Assembly: GCF_018350175.1 (NCBI RefSeq)
Contig: NC_058371.1
Span: forward strand, 6,944,001 to 7,008,000
From: Felis catus
Taxonomy: Eukaryota
Reading direction: 5' to 3'
DNA length: 64,000 bases
The notes under the pieces were generated by a model. That model made no database searches. It was not told the origin of the DNA and saw only the letters and a program-made list of their open reading frames with translations. Below are positions 1-12,016 of the stretch, piece by piece. Numbering within the stretch: the stretch's first letter is position 1; each line of letters opens with the position of its first letter. A program made the position numbers and the translations under genes.

Positions 1-905
1 CAAGCCTTCCACTCGGATTTCTTGTCTCCCTGCCTCTCCCGGAATCTGCATTGGTCCCTTCACGCCCCTGCGGGGTGTCCTGAATGCCTGATCCAGTACA
101 ACATGTCCAGAGCCAACCTGGTCCTGTCCATGTCCCTCCTGCTCTCTCTTGTCCTGTGCGAGCTGCCTCAGTTAACCATTCTTTTCTGTCCCATGCCCTT
201 CCTTCTTCTCCGTCACCAAACCTGAGAACCCCACGTCATCGGGGACCCATTTCTTTCCCCTTCCTAGCCATTATCTCCACCTTGGTCACTGAATGGCTGT
301 TCTGGACGTCCACAGTTGCCATCAATCCTTACCTGGTATTCCTGCCTCTGGTCTCATGCATTTCTAATCCACCCCCAAGTCTTTCATTAGAAGGAACATT
401 CTAAAATTGAAACTATGATGGCGTCACTCCTCTGGAGGTACCTGATAACCCCCTCTTGTTTAGCAGCTGAGATCTGGAGCATCATATTTATTTTCTTTGA
501 CAACTTCTCACCATTTTCCTGCACGCTCCTCATTTGAGACTTGTAATCAATCCGTCTCTTTCATAGTGATGCTGAACTTCTCACCATTTGCTTAGCAAAC
601 CATTCTTTCACATCTTCATGCCTCTCTGCAAACTGTACCCCTTGCCTGGGAATCTCTGCCTCTCTCTTTTGCTTAACAAACTCCTACTCATCCTCCAAAA
701 CCCTGCTCGAATTTCCCCAGGAATCCTTTCTTAAATCTCTTATATTTATCTGCTCCACATATTGCCTTGGATATATTCACATGATAAAATGTGTGGCATT
801 TTATTTTTTAAATTTATTTGGCTGTGTTTCTCCTCACATATTCATGTTTCCAATTTGTTACATTTCTCAGTGCCCAGGAACAAAACAGGTACTCAAAAAT
901 ATTTT
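1..905 (+). mobile_element. L2 3' region, highly decayed
   Basis: C/T-rich L2-like sequence ending cagtgcc..caggtactcaaaaatatt. Confidence 0.5.
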
Positions 906-910
906 TCTCT

Positions 911-1141
911 TTTTTAAAAAAATTTTTTAATGTTTAATTTTGAAAAAGAGAGAGAGAGAGAGTGATCATGAGCAAGGGAGGGGCAGAGAGAGAGGGAGAC
1001 CCACAATCTGAAGCAGGCTCCAGGCTCCAAGCTGTCAGTGCAGAGCCCGATGTGGGATTTGAACTCATGGAACCATGAGATCATGACCTGAGCCAAAATT
1101 GAGAGTCGGACGCTTAACCAACTGAGCCACCCAGGTGCCCC
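911..1141 (-). mobile_element. Can-SINE
   Basis: tRNA-derived head, (GA)n and poly(T). Confidence 0.9.
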
Positions 1142-1150
1142 TTCTCTCTC

Positions 1151-1337
1151 TTTTTAAAATGTTTATTTATTTATTTTTTGAGAGGGGTAATGGGTAGAGA
1201 GAGGGAGAGAGAATCCCAAGCAGTCTCTGCATTTCAGGACTGAGCCCGATGCAGGGCTGGAATCATGAACCATGATATCATGACCTGAGCCAAAATTAAG
1301 AGTCAGATGCTTAACTAACTGAGCCACACAGGCGCTC
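1151..1337 (-). mobile_element. Can-SINE
   Basis: Second of three tandem copies. Confidence 0.88.
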
Positions 1338-1348
1338 GTCAAAAAATA

Positions 1349-1576
1349 TTTTTATTTTTATTTTATTTTTAATTTATTTTTAATGTTTATTTTTGAGAGA
1401 GACAGAGTGAGAGCAGGGGAGGGACAGACAGGGAGACACAGAACCTGAAGCAGGCTCCAGGCTCCAGGCTCTGAGCCATCAGCCCAGAGCCTGACGCGGG
1501 GCTCGAACTCACGGACCGCGAGATCGTGACCTGGCTGAAGTCGGATGCTTAACCGACTGCGCCACCCAGGCGCCCC
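1349..1576 (-). mobile_element. Can-SINE (young felid type)
   Basis: CpG-rich head ...ccgactgcgccacccaggcgcccc. Confidence 0.9.
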
Positions 1577-1632
1577 AAAAAAATTTTTTTTTAAACAAGA
1601 GAAGGAATGACTTGAATGCTTTCTTGTGAAAG

Positions 1633-1638
1633 TTTATT
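1633..1638 (-). terminator. Candidate poly(A) signal of SPAG11 isoform C
   Basis: AATAAA on the minus strand about 250 nt after the stop. Confidence 0.5.
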
Positions 1639-1887
1639 ACATCCACATCTACCAGCAAAAACTGTTGATTTTTGAGGATTTTGTCCACGTCAGGCTAAGT
1701 CACTTTCTCTAAGGGCAGGCGTAGTGGGTTTTCATCTCTCTTTTAGTTGGAATAACATGTCGAAACTCTCCAGCTCAGATGACAACACCTCAGCTAGTCC
1801 TTTCTCCAAAAACCCCTGTGTCTGCGTTAGGGACAGGACCCAGAGAGCCGGCGAGGGGACCAAATTCTGGCTTCTGTGTCAGCAAGT

Positions 1888-2021
1888 TCAGTTGTGATGT
1901 AAACAGCAGGTGTATTTCTTTTTAAAGCAGTAACCCACTTGTGTTTCCATATAATTACAGTATTCTTGACAGTAGCCTTCACTTTTCTTGCAGTTGACCA
2001 CTTTGAAATCTGGTTCTGGTT
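1888..2021 (-). CDS. SPAG11: SPAG11 isoform C defensin exon (EPEPDFKVVNCKKSEGYCQEYCNYMETQVGYCFKKKYTCCLHHN*)
   Basis: Acceptor tatacag|, six-Cys beta-defensin motif, TGA at 1888-1890. The three exons total 342 nt = 113 aa plus stop. Confidence 0.95.
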
Positions 2022-2699
2022 CTGTATAAAGAGAGATCCGACATTAGCCTCTTAAGACCATCTCAAGACTCGAACAGGGATCATCTGAGTCCAAAGGGAC
2101 ATGGCGGAGGTCACCCATAGGTAGGAAACAGGTTTCTTTTGTATGTGAGCGCTCACAGTTCCCTGTAGTCAGCCTGAGAGTGTACAAATCAGATCCTTGA
2201 TTCTGGCTTGAAAGCCACCTCTACTCTCCCTGAGAAACAAGCTGCCGGGTCAGAGGCAGTTGGAAAGAGACACGGTAAGAGATGTATCACGATACAAATG
2301 TTCCACTTTCAACAATGTAGGATGTTATGCAAGGGGACACGGAAGGGCTCTGCGAGGCTCACTGACGAGTGACACAGCCCTCCCAAGTGCAGACTTCAGT
2401 GGGATGGTCCTGTGAGGAGGGTGGGTTTGGGCTGAGCCATCTCTGTAAGGGAGATGAGAGGTAGCCAAGGGCAGATTTTGAAAGTGAAAATGACTTCTAG
2501 TTCCGCCTCATTCTGGGGAAGCACCTGGAAGACTGTCTTGTGCCTCTGAGATGTGCCAGTTTACTTGAGGAATGTGAACTTGCTCCCTCACTCTACGTTT
2601 CAGGCCCTGCGGTTAGTAAAGATGAATTTTTATCTTAAATTATATATTATGAAGACGATTGGTAGAAAAGGCAAGGGGCAAGTGTTAGGAAGAAAAAGT

Positions 2700-2922
2700 G
2701 GGGCGCCTGGGTGCCTCAGTCGGATAAGCACCTGGCTCTGGTTTTCGGCTCAGGTCGTGATCTCACGGTTTGTGAGTTTGAGCCCTGCATCGGGCTCTGC
2801 ACTGACAGCGTGGAGCCTGCTTGGGATTCTCTCTCTCCCTCTCTCTCTCTGCCCCTTCCCCCGCTCACACTCGTGAATTTGAGTCCTGGGTCAGGCTCTG
2901 TGCTGACAGTTTGGAGCCTGGA
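2700..2922 (+). mobile_element. Can-SINE plus part of a second copy running into a gap
   Basis: ggggcgcctgggtg head; the SINE body restarts near 2872. Confidence 0.85.
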
Positions 2923-3103
2923 NNNNNNNNNNNNNNNNNNNNNNNNNNNNNNNNNNNNNNNNNNNNNNNNNNNNNNNNNNNNNNNNNNNNNNNNNNNNNN
3001 NNNNNNNNNNNNNNNNNNNNNNNNNNNNNNNNNNNNNNNNNNNNNNNNNNNNNNNNNNNNNNNNNNNNNNNNNNNNNNNNNNNNNNNNNNNNNNNNNNNN
3101 NNN
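2923..3103. other. Assembly gap (SPAG11 intron 2)
   Basis: Run of N. Confidence 1.
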
Positions 3104-5203
3104 GCAAGACCCCCAGCCCTTGCCCTCTGGAGAAGGAGGGGCCTCTCCATGTGCCAGTCACCCTAGGATTTAAGGCTTGTGTCGCTGCATTTTGGTTACC
3201 TCCTCTGTGCAGAGTGGTCTGCCTCCCGACCCCCTAGTACCTTGAATCCCAGCTGAAAATCCCATTTTTGTACTTGGTTAAACATGCCGTTATATACGGA
3301 AATTTAATAACTTTTGAGAGAGAAAGGGGGTAATCTTAGAAAGAGAGAAAGACAAAAATAGAACAGATGGGGGGCCCTACAGATGTTTATTCACTCGGTA
3401 AATTAACTCACTTGCTCATTCCTTCAAGGCTGAATGATGTAGGACATTTTAGTGTGCCATAACAGGGTCAGGGGAGGGGGACATTTTCTGAATCAGCCGG
3501 GAAACAAACATGTAACCACATATTTAAATTCAGTATAATCCATCCACAGTCGAGTCTGCACAGAGTGATTTGGGAACATAGAGAACAGCCAAATAAGGTC
3601 ACAGAGATTATCAGATTTAAATGGATGTTAAATGTAGTGTCGAAATGGGGTCTTGAACTAAAGCTAGATGTGCTCCACAGGGTTGTGCAAGGACACGAAA
3701 GAGCAGAGCATTTTCTAGGAGTCACCGCATGGCTTGGGGACCACAGCAGTGTAATGGTGGAAAATGTGGGTTAACCCAGCGTAGTGCCAGACCAGCACAG
3801 ACTTGTACAGCTGGGTGAGCATTTTAGGGTGTATTCTCTTAGTTGTTTATTTTTCAGGTGTACTTTTGAGACACTGCATTTCTAGACACAGATCGAGGTA
3901 TAATGTTAATACAGGAAGTAACGAGAGTCCTTCCCCAATTCAGAGGAGAAGCCATTAGGGAGAGAATTTTGTTCATAAAGAGTATTTCTCCAGTAGACTC
4001 AAATGCAATAGGAAGTAGAAAAAACAGTAGGAAAGTAAAAATGCTTCAGAAAATTGTATTGCAAAAATACTTATTATGGAGGAAATTCTCTGTCTTCATT
4101 GCTTCTTCTCTGAATTGGGGAATGAGATGGCAGTGGTCAGTGATGCCCGGTCACAAGGTTGCACTCTGTGTGTGGCACTGGGATGGAGCAGATGCACATC
4201 AGGGCCAGTCTGAACATAGGGAGGCTGCACACTAAGGACGGAAATCACAGGTGGGGAAGGCAAGTAAAAATTCAAGAGTGATGCACACGGAGAAACGTAG
4301 GCAGGAAGCGAGTGCAGGGTATCGGGGAGAAAGAAACAGGTATGTCTTAAAGGGAGTGGACTGAGACCTCTTCCTGGACAACAGCCCTGGAAGTCTTGCT
4401 TATATTCTTGAAGTTTCCACTCTTGACTGCCATTTGCCAGCCGCACGATCTTAGACACGTTATCTTGGACAAATGTGGACCAATCTCCCCAACGCCCTCA
4501 TGAGTCAAATGGGAATGACCCTGTGTCATAGATCTACAGTTAGGATAAGTGACACACACCTCATGTTGTTTATATTGTTGTGCAAGCACCATTTTGTCTT
4601 TTCACCTTCTCTTGGGAGGAGAACCTGGGAGTGAGTCCCCTGGGAGCCCAGAGCCCTCTCCAAAGGTATTGAAGAGAGGAGAGAACGATGCAGGGAATAA
4701 TGTCGCAGGATCTGAATTCCTGGCTTCTGTCTGCCAACACCCTCATGTGTTCCCTGCTCTTGCCCACTGAGTGTCCAGCCTCTTGTTCCCTGACTCAGGG
4801 TCAGGAAAGAGTTTGGGACTAAGGAAGCATCTTAGAAATGACGGTCTTCTCTAGGTCCTTCCAGATTGCTTTCAGGCCCCTCGTGGGGGTTGAGGACCGA
4901 CCAGAAAGGCGGCTGAGGGCTCTTTGGCTTTGTCATGGCTGTGTTCCTCAGACCAGTGCCCCATCCTCCGCACACCCCACCCTGGGGCATTCCCTGTGAG
5001 CTCACAGGTCACCCCGCCCTCTTCACAGGTATTCAGCAAATGCCTAGATTGAAGGAACTCAAGGCCAAGGGAGAGGGCACGAGGGTGTCTTACTCAATGT
5101 CATATCCTCCGGGTCTCAGGTTTGGGTGAAGCTCTCCCCTACCCCCACAGGCACAGACCCCTTCCCATCTCTTCATTCACTGAAAATTTCTGGAGTCACC
5201 TAC

Positions 5204-5353
5204 CCTCATAAGGGGGAGTACGCGGTAAGATGTGGCGTTTCTCTTGGTGGTGTAGCAAATGAGACCCGTTTGTTCCTTGTCCAGGAGACTCTTCCCTGGG
5301 TTCTCTGGGACCCTCAGTGCCTTGAAGGTCCTCATTTCTGGCTCCAGATAGTC
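5204..5353 (-). CDS. SPAG11: SPAG11 exon 2 (propeptide GLSGARNEDLQGTEGPREPREESPGQGTNGSHLLHHQEKRHILPRTPPYE)
   Basis: Bounded by aaacag| and G|gtaggt, 150 nt, phase 1-1. PGQGTNG..KR..PRTPPY is characteristic of SPAG11. Confidence 0.95.
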
Positions 5354-5391
5354 CTGTTTCCGAGTAAATATGCAGCATTTTTAGAACTCTC

Positions 5392-5617
5392 TTTTTTTTT
5401 TTTAATTTTTTTTTTAACGTTTATTTATTTTTGGGACAGAGAGAGACAGAGCATGAACGGGGGAGGGGCAGAGAGAGAGGGAGACACAGAATCGGAAACA
5501 GGCTCCAGGCTCTGAGCCATCAGCCCAGAGCCTGACGCGGGGCTCGAACTCACGGACCGCAAGATCGTGACCTGGCTGAAGTCGGATGCTTAACCGACTG
5601 CGCCACCCAGGCGCCCC
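5392..5617 (-). mobile_element. Can-SINE (young felid type)
   Basis: Full length, TSD agaactctc. Confidence 0.93.
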
Positions 5618-5669
5618 AGAACTCTCTCTCTTTTGAGAGGACCCATGAGGATGAGGTCCTTTACTCTAG

Positions 5670-6033
5670 GGGGTGGGTAAAATGGAGGGTCGGGGGAGAC
5701 TGGGAGTCCCTGCTGCTCAATGGGTACAGAGTTTCAGTCCTGTAACATGGCCGCAGTCCAGAGATCTGCTGTGAAGCACCGTGCCTACAGGTAGCAATAT
5801 GGTATTGTGCACTTCAAAGTTTGTTCAGAGGATAGATCTTTTAAGTGTTCTCATCACAAAAAAACACCACCATAAAGGGACAGAAGAAAACTTTGGGAGG
5901 GGTTGCGGGTGGCTCTTACCTTGGCTATAGTGATGGTACTAGGAGTGTTTGCAAATGTCCAAACTCATCAAACTGTTCACGTTAACTATGTGTGGGCTTT
6001 GGTATAATAAGTGTACCTCAGTAAAGCTGTAAA
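5670..6033 (+). mobile_element. L1M 3' UTR end
   Basis: aatgggtacagagtttcagt..tacctcagtaaagctg. Confidence 0.7.
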
Positions 6034-6082
6034 GAAAGAGAGTGAGCAAATAGAGAATGGCATGGAATGGGTTGGAAGCAGG

Positions 6083-6086
<4 letters not shown>

Positions 6087-6132
<46 letters not shown>
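6087..6132. repeat. (GT)n microsatellite in SPAG11 intron 1
   Basis: Seen directly. Confidence 0.95.
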
Positions 6133-6134
<2 letters not shown>

Positions 6135-6191
6135 GGGGGAGGGAGAGAGGGAGAGAGAGAGTCTGAGAGATAGACTGAAAGAGAGAAGGAG

Positions 6192-6336
6192 NNNNNNNNN
6201 NNNNNNNNNNNNNNNNNNNNNNNNNNNNNNNNNNNNNNNNNNNNNNNNNNNNNNNNNNNNNNNNNNNNNNNNNNNNNNNNNNNNNNNNNNNNNNNNNNNN
6301 NNNNNNNNNNNNNNNNNNNNNNNNNNNNNNNNNNNN
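6192..6336. other. Assembly gap (SPAG11 intron 1)
   Basis: Run of N. Confidence 1.
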
Positions 6337-6710
6337 AAGAGGGCTGGCAGTGGAGGCCACCTGTAAGCCAATGAGCGTCCCCAATGAGTGTGCCCCAATA
6401 TAGTTGTTGAGTGAGACTCCCTAACAGTTAGGATCATTCATGATGCAGGCTGCCTTCTCTGTAAGGAGCAGGTGAATATTAAAAGGCTGAGGAAGTGTGG
6501 TCAGGGTCAGGACCCTGTCTGCTGGGGAGCCAGGGCCATCAGCACATTCAAGGGGTCACTGACAAACCCATCAAGAGACTGCTGCCCGAGAACCCCACCA
6601 GGAAATGCACCTGTGGGCTTAGTGTCTCATGCCCCACCTGGACGCCCCACCTGGAGATGACCATTGCAGAGAGACTCAGTCCCCAGGATGAGGTCACATT
6701 TCCCATTTAC

Positions 6711-6768
6711 CTAAAAACAGCAGAGCCACAAGGAGGAAGCTGGGGAATACAGAGAGGGATGGCTTCAT
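6711..6768 (-). CDS. SPAG11: SPAG11 exon 1 (signal peptide MKPSLSVFPSFLLVALLFL-G)
   Basis: ATG at 6768, 19 codons plus 1 nt, donor G|gtaaat. LLVALLF matches the SPAG11/EP2 leader. TATAAA lies 55 nt upstream. Confidence 0.92.
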
Positions 6769-6822
6769 GTCACCAAGGGGACAGCTGTCTGAGGAGGTCC
6801 CGGGGCTGGCAGCAGGGCTCCC

Positions 6823-6850
6823 TTTATAGCCCTGAGTTGCAGGGCGGGGG
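6823..6850 (-). promoter_or_regulatory. SPAG11 promoter: TATA box and adjacent GC box
   Basis: tttata at 6823-6828 (TATAAA on minus) and gggcggggg at 6842-6850. Confidence 0.7.
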
Positions 6851-7511
6851 CCTGTAGGTGGGAAGAGCTGAAATCCGGAACGGTGTCTCTGGCACCGAGG
6901 ACAGTCGGTGTGTTATTTTCCCACGGGCAGCGGAACAAACATGGGAGCCATTTTCCTCAGGAAGTGAAAAGTATGCCTGAATGCCCTGGGTGGGTTTGGT
7001 GACTAAGAGAGGACGGAACAAAGAGAAGAGGAGCAGAAGGAGGAAAGAGAGAGAACAAACGTCATTAACACAAAAAACCAACTTCCTCAAGTGTCTATTA
7101 AAGCGCCGGTGTGCACCGAAATGGTGACATAAATATGGCTGTCGTCCGGCTTCTACCCTGGCTTCTGAGTGTATTTATTTCAGTGTAAAAAAATCAGGCA
7201 GGAAAACGTCAGGCATTTCAGGGATGGCCTGATTTTTCACAACTGTCATTTCCTGAAGTTGTGTGGGTCGTTCCAAAGTCATTCCAGATTTCATTTCTGT
7301 TCTTTTCTCCCCGCATTCCTTGGCTTCCTCTACTTCTCCTTCATCTCTGTGTCCTCCCCATTTTGATTTTAATTCATCTGACTCTTCATTTTTCCCTCCT
7401 CTTTTCATTCTTGACTTTTCCTCAGAAATTATTGATGCCATTGGGTCCAATTCAATTCTGCTTTTAAAAAAAATCTGTGATTGAGTCTGAGTTTTCTCGT
7501 CTTGTAATAAC

Positions 7512-7710
7512 TTTTTTAAGTTTATTTATTTTGAGAGAGACAGAGCAAGTAGGGGAGGGGCAGAGAGAGGGAGAGAGAGAGAAGCCCAAGCAAGCTCTGC
7601 ACTGTTAGCACAGAGCCCGATGCAGGGCTTGAACTCACAAACCGTGAGATCATGACCTGAGCTTAAACCAAGAGTTGGACGCTTAACCAACTGAGCCACC
7701 CAGGCGCCCC
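7512..7710 (-). mobile_element. Can-SINE
   Basis: Full length. Confidence 0.9.
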
Positions 7711-7714
7711 ATTC

Positions 7715-7945
7715 TTTTTTTTTTATTAAAAATTTTTTTTAAAATGTTTTTATTTATTTTTGAGACAGAGAGAGAGAGCATGAGCAGGGGAGGGGCAGAG
7801 AGAGAGGGAGACACAGAATCCTAAGCAGGCTCCAGGCTCTGAGCTGTCAGCACAGAGCCCGACGTGCGGCTCAAACTTATGGACTGTGAGATCATGACCT
7901 GAGCTGACGTCGGACACTTAACCGACTGAGCCACCCAGGCATCCC
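7715..7945 (-). mobile_element. Can-SINE inserted at the head of the previous copy
   Basis: TSD ccagg(c/t)gccccattct. Confidence 0.9.
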
Positions 7946-8452
7946 AGGTGCCCCATTCTTGTTTATTTGAGTGGGGCTCTTGACATTCACAGGCTAGGTC
8001 ATTATTTCCCTAGGGGTTTGCAATATAGTGATATTCTCTTGATGTTATCATTCTTTGTTATCATTCATTTATTAGCTGGGCTAACATTTGGAAGAAAAAG
8101 GGAAGTCAAATGTTTTAGGGCTCCCCTTTCCTTACCAGATTTCAGGACAGTGGGTCTGGGGGGGGGGGGCAGATCAGCTCTGTGCCGTGTCTGCAGGATG
8201 TGACCCTCCACAGACATCCATGTGGGCCAGTCCCTTGTCGTCACATAATATTTCTTTAGTCTTGCTCCCTGGAGGTCTATGCCTTGAATTAGAGTGTTTG
8301 CTAAATGAATTGCACTTAATATTGATTTCTTTCCTGTTTTAATTAATAAAAGACATTACTAACTGCTGAGCAAAACTGATCAGAAGAGAAAACTCATGCT
8401 AGCAAGCTCAGCTGATGCAGTTCAGGCCAAAAATATAAAAGAAGTTCACTTA

Positions 8453-8685
8453 GGGGGCACCTGGGTGGCTAGTCGGTTAAGTGTCCGACTTTGGCTCAGG
8501 TCATGATCTCAGGGTTTGTGAGTTTGAGCCCGGCATCAGGCTCTGTGCTGACAGCTCAGAGCCTGGAGCCTGCTTCAGATTCTGTGACTCCTTCTCTCTC
8601 TGTCCCTCCCCTGCTCGTGCAGTCTCTCTCTCTCTCTCTCAAAAATAAATAAACATTAAAAAAAAAAAAACTAAAAAAAATAAAT
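8453..8685 (+). mobile_element. Can-SINE
   Basis: TSD aaaagaagttcactta. Confidence 0.92.
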
Positions 8686-8854
8686 AAAAGAAGTTCACTT
8701 AGGCTTGTGGCTGATTAGCTGTACTTTTTGGTTTGGCTGTTGAAACACTCACTTAACCCACTTTGCTTTCTCCCTTATCCCAACTATGCAAGGCCATTTT
8801 GAGGCTCCCCCACATGCTCTCCACTGAGTGAAGGCACTTAGCAAATTCTTGTGA

Positions 8855-9094
8855 CAGTAAAACCTTGGTTTGCGAGCATAATTTGTTCCACAAACAGGCT
8901 TGTCATCCAAAGCACTTGCATATCAAAGCGAATTTCAAGGACCATTGGCTCAGCTGTGATCATGTGACATTGGGCGTCATGTACTACTCGTATTGCAAGA
9001 CCTCACTCGTTTATCAAGTTAAAATTTATTAGAAATATTTGCTCATCTTGTGGAACACTCAGGAACAAGTTACTCGCAATCCAAGGTTTTAGCG
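8855..9094. mobile_element. Tigger/pogo-type MITE
   Basis: 22-nt TIRs cagtaaaaccttggtttgcgag / ctcgcaatccaaggttttagcg; right flank TA, left flank GA. Confidence 0.75.
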
Positions 9095-9198
9095 TAATTG
9101 GATTAGCTGCAGCCACTGGGAACGGTCCAGCCGTGAGGGGACTCAGGAAGTGAAGGCTCAGAGTTTCGGCTGCTGCAAGGACCCGGCGCCACCGGGTT

Positions 9199-9359
9199 TC
9201 AGTACGTCAGAGGAATGGGTCGGTTGGCATTCCGCGTTTTCAGACAGCAGGGGTAGATGTTGGGGCAAGTTCCGATGAAGAATTCCCCTGTTTTACAGCG
9301 CCTCCGGCAGCGGGCGGTCCCATAGCCGCATATCTTGTCTGTGTCAAATTCATTTCTCA
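9199..9359 (-). CDS. DEFB104: DEFB104 exon 2, mature peptide ((V)[52 protein letters not shown]); own exon 1 not found
   Basis: Phase-1 acceptor ttatttag|TG. Spacing C-X6-C-X3-C-X9-C-X5-[12 protein letters not shown] is the DEFB104 signature. It lies between DEFB106 and SPAG11 as in human. Confidence 0.92.
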
Positions 9360-10789
9360 CTAAATAACAGAATAAATCAGTGCGATTATCATGCCTGAAG
9401 ACCAGGAGGCGGGACTTTGGCAGTGGTTTCTGGGGGATAGTGACTGAACTGACTTGAGAGAATACCCTGGAACCCTGGTGGAACAGATTTCCCAAGCCAC
9501 CTCCTCCCTCTGCTCTCCTCGCTGATGGACCCCACCATCTGATTCTCTTCCAGATGAGAAGAGAATTTTAAACATTAAAATTAAACATTAATTGGCTCTT
9601 GTCACATCTCTTCTCAAAATCCCTACAATAAAATCCCTGCTATCACTTTTTGGTTGAATCCAAGCAAGCCCTTTACCATGAGCTTCGAGCAGCGCTGGCC
9701 TCCATTCAGGGCCCAACGCTCTTCTCCCTGGAATACTCCCCCCTCCTCCCACGAATGACCTCCTGGAATCTCCATGTCACAACGTTGGGGGATCTCTCCC
9801 TGTTTTTCCCATGTGCCCAAGCGCCCTGGAAGTTTTTTATTCCTTCACGACATCTTTCCCAAGTTGTAATTACATGATGTTTTCAGTGACTTGGTCTTCC
9901 TGATTGAATTCTAAGTTCCCCAGGTGGGAGACGATGTTCATGTTCCATTCACAAATTACGGGCTCGCCCAGTGCCCAACATGTGCTTAAAAACCAACCAC
10001 CTGTTGAGTGAACGTTGGGACAGAGAGGACGAGCATAAAGCAGAAGCGACATGAGCAGGGGAGAGCAGAACAGACAGAGGAGAGGAGATACCTACCGGGC
10101 TCACTGGGCTGAACCCTGGGACTTTGATTGCAGCTGCTACATGTGAAAAACCTGAAAGTCTCCACTCCCATCCTTAAGGTAAGAAAAACTCTGAACAAAC
10201 TGAAAATCGATGATTTTTCTTGGACCCATCAGAGAACTTAGGTCACAGGGTAAACCACCGCTCCCAAATTTGGAGAGAGTCACAGTGGAGATGGGCTAAC
10301 CTGGGGCAGAAGCCTCTGGAGCCTTAAAAGGGTAGGAACACTGTGGTCATGTTGACAAATTTCCAGAGGATGAGTGAGGGCAAGCCTGAACCAAACAACT
10401 GAGGGCCACAGGGGAAGGGATCCCACTGCTTCCTGGGTTTTAACTCCAGGACGCCCATGAGGTAATCACGGTGAAAAGCCAAGAAGTAATCCCCGGTGGC
10501 CCTGGCAAGGAAAAGGGGAAGTAATTATGTGAAATGTGTCCAGAGAGTTTTCTACAACAAGAGCTGACTCTCCCAGGAAAATGATTTTACTAAAGCTTTA
10601 TCTGGAGGAAGGACACGCCCCCTACACCAGCCCACCCAGCTTCCTCGCTCAAATGAATGGGACACCCTAGGACGTATTTGTGAAGGTCACATTGCAGGGA
10701 CACCAGCCAGGAACAGACTGGTGTTTCCTTCAGTATGGTGGAGTCCTGATCATGAATATTTATTATATACTCATGGATATCTATTTTAT

Positions 10790-11093
10790 ACCAACACTAC
10801 TTAATTTCTTTTTCCCTAAATTAATTCAATTTTTGTGTTCTTTTGGCACACTGTGTCATTGTTTGTTTGAAGTTCTTCCACATGTTCTGGCACTACAAAG
10901 TTGCTCTGGGTTTATCTTGTACGTTCTCTGCTCCAGTCTTAGAAACACCCACTTCTCCAAGGATCCCTGACTCCTTCTGTTGGTGAATGGAATTAAAAAC
11001 CAGTATTTGAGTGCCAGGTGTGCTCATAGTTGCTGGAATGTTCTTGCTTCCAGGACCTCTAAGCTGACAGAGCAAGGACGTACATATTTGTTT

Positions 11094-11146
<53 letters not shown>

Positions 11147-12010
11147 AATAAATATTTGTATATGTAACCATCTGTATGCAAGCCAGGTCTCCACCTGTCA
11201 TCCATCCCCAGGTGGGTCATTCTACCTTTTCCCTGCTTATCTATAAACTCCCTCTCCAAACCTGGCTCCCACATCTGCAAGCCCGGTACTTAATTGTTCA
11301 GTTCTGGCTATAAGTGCATAGCAAGATCTGAATTGCTAAGCTTGTGTTACCTAACAAATACATCATCGGCTAGAGTGCCATGCTCTTGTGCATTGTACTA
11401 GATTATAGACTTCTTTTGTAACTGAGAAGTTACCCAGGCCAGCATTCCCTTCCCCCTGGCCTGCAGGAAAGTTGTTTTATACATTTATGATACAATTAGA
11501 TAGTTCTGCATTTCACCCTGGGGTAGCCCTGACTTCCAATTAACTCTGTTAATTTGCACAGTGAACTTTAGTTCACCCTTTGGGCTGCATGGTTCTCAGG
11601 GTTTAACAAAGGCAGAGAATCATGCAGAAGTTTGATATTCTGCCCTAGCACATTCCCTGTGTTTTACCCCTGGCCAACCCCCTGGCAACCGGGGCAAAAG
11701 ATCACTTCTTTTCACGATCCCTAGTTTTCCCCTTTCCAGAATGCCACATACATGGAATCATGCCGTCTATAACCTTTTTAGACTGGCTTCTTTCACACAG
11801 CAATATGCACTTAAGGTTATTCTGTGTCTTTTGGTGACTTGACAGCTTACCTGTTTTTTATTCCTGAATAATATTCCATTAGTTGGATGAATCACAGTTT
11901 GTTCTCAGCCCACCTACTGAGGGACATCTTGGTTGCTCCTGGTTTGGGGTGATTATAAACAAAGGTGCTATAAACATTCCAGGTAGGAGTTTGTTTGGAC
12001 CTAAGTTTCT
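10790..12010 (-). mobile_element. Old L1M 3' UTR, antisense, containing a (CA)n tract
   Basis: ttttccagaatgccacata..gactggcttctttcac..gctataaacatt. Confidence 0.65.
11098..11145. repeat. (CA)n microsatellite
   Basis: Seen directly. Confidence 0.95.
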
Positions 12011-12016
12011 AATGTT

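Noticed and set aside
6192-6336. SPAG11 exon 1 hidden in the N gap
   Set aside because: A convincing exon 1 with TATA box is present at 6711-6768.
10001-10052. MSLLLYARPLCPNVHST with a possible phase-1 donor (G|gtggtt) as DEFB104 exon 1
   Set aside because: Only SLLLY resembles the human leader. There is an in-frame stop upstream, too short a hydrophobic core, a weak donor and repeat-derived flanks. Not fully excluded.
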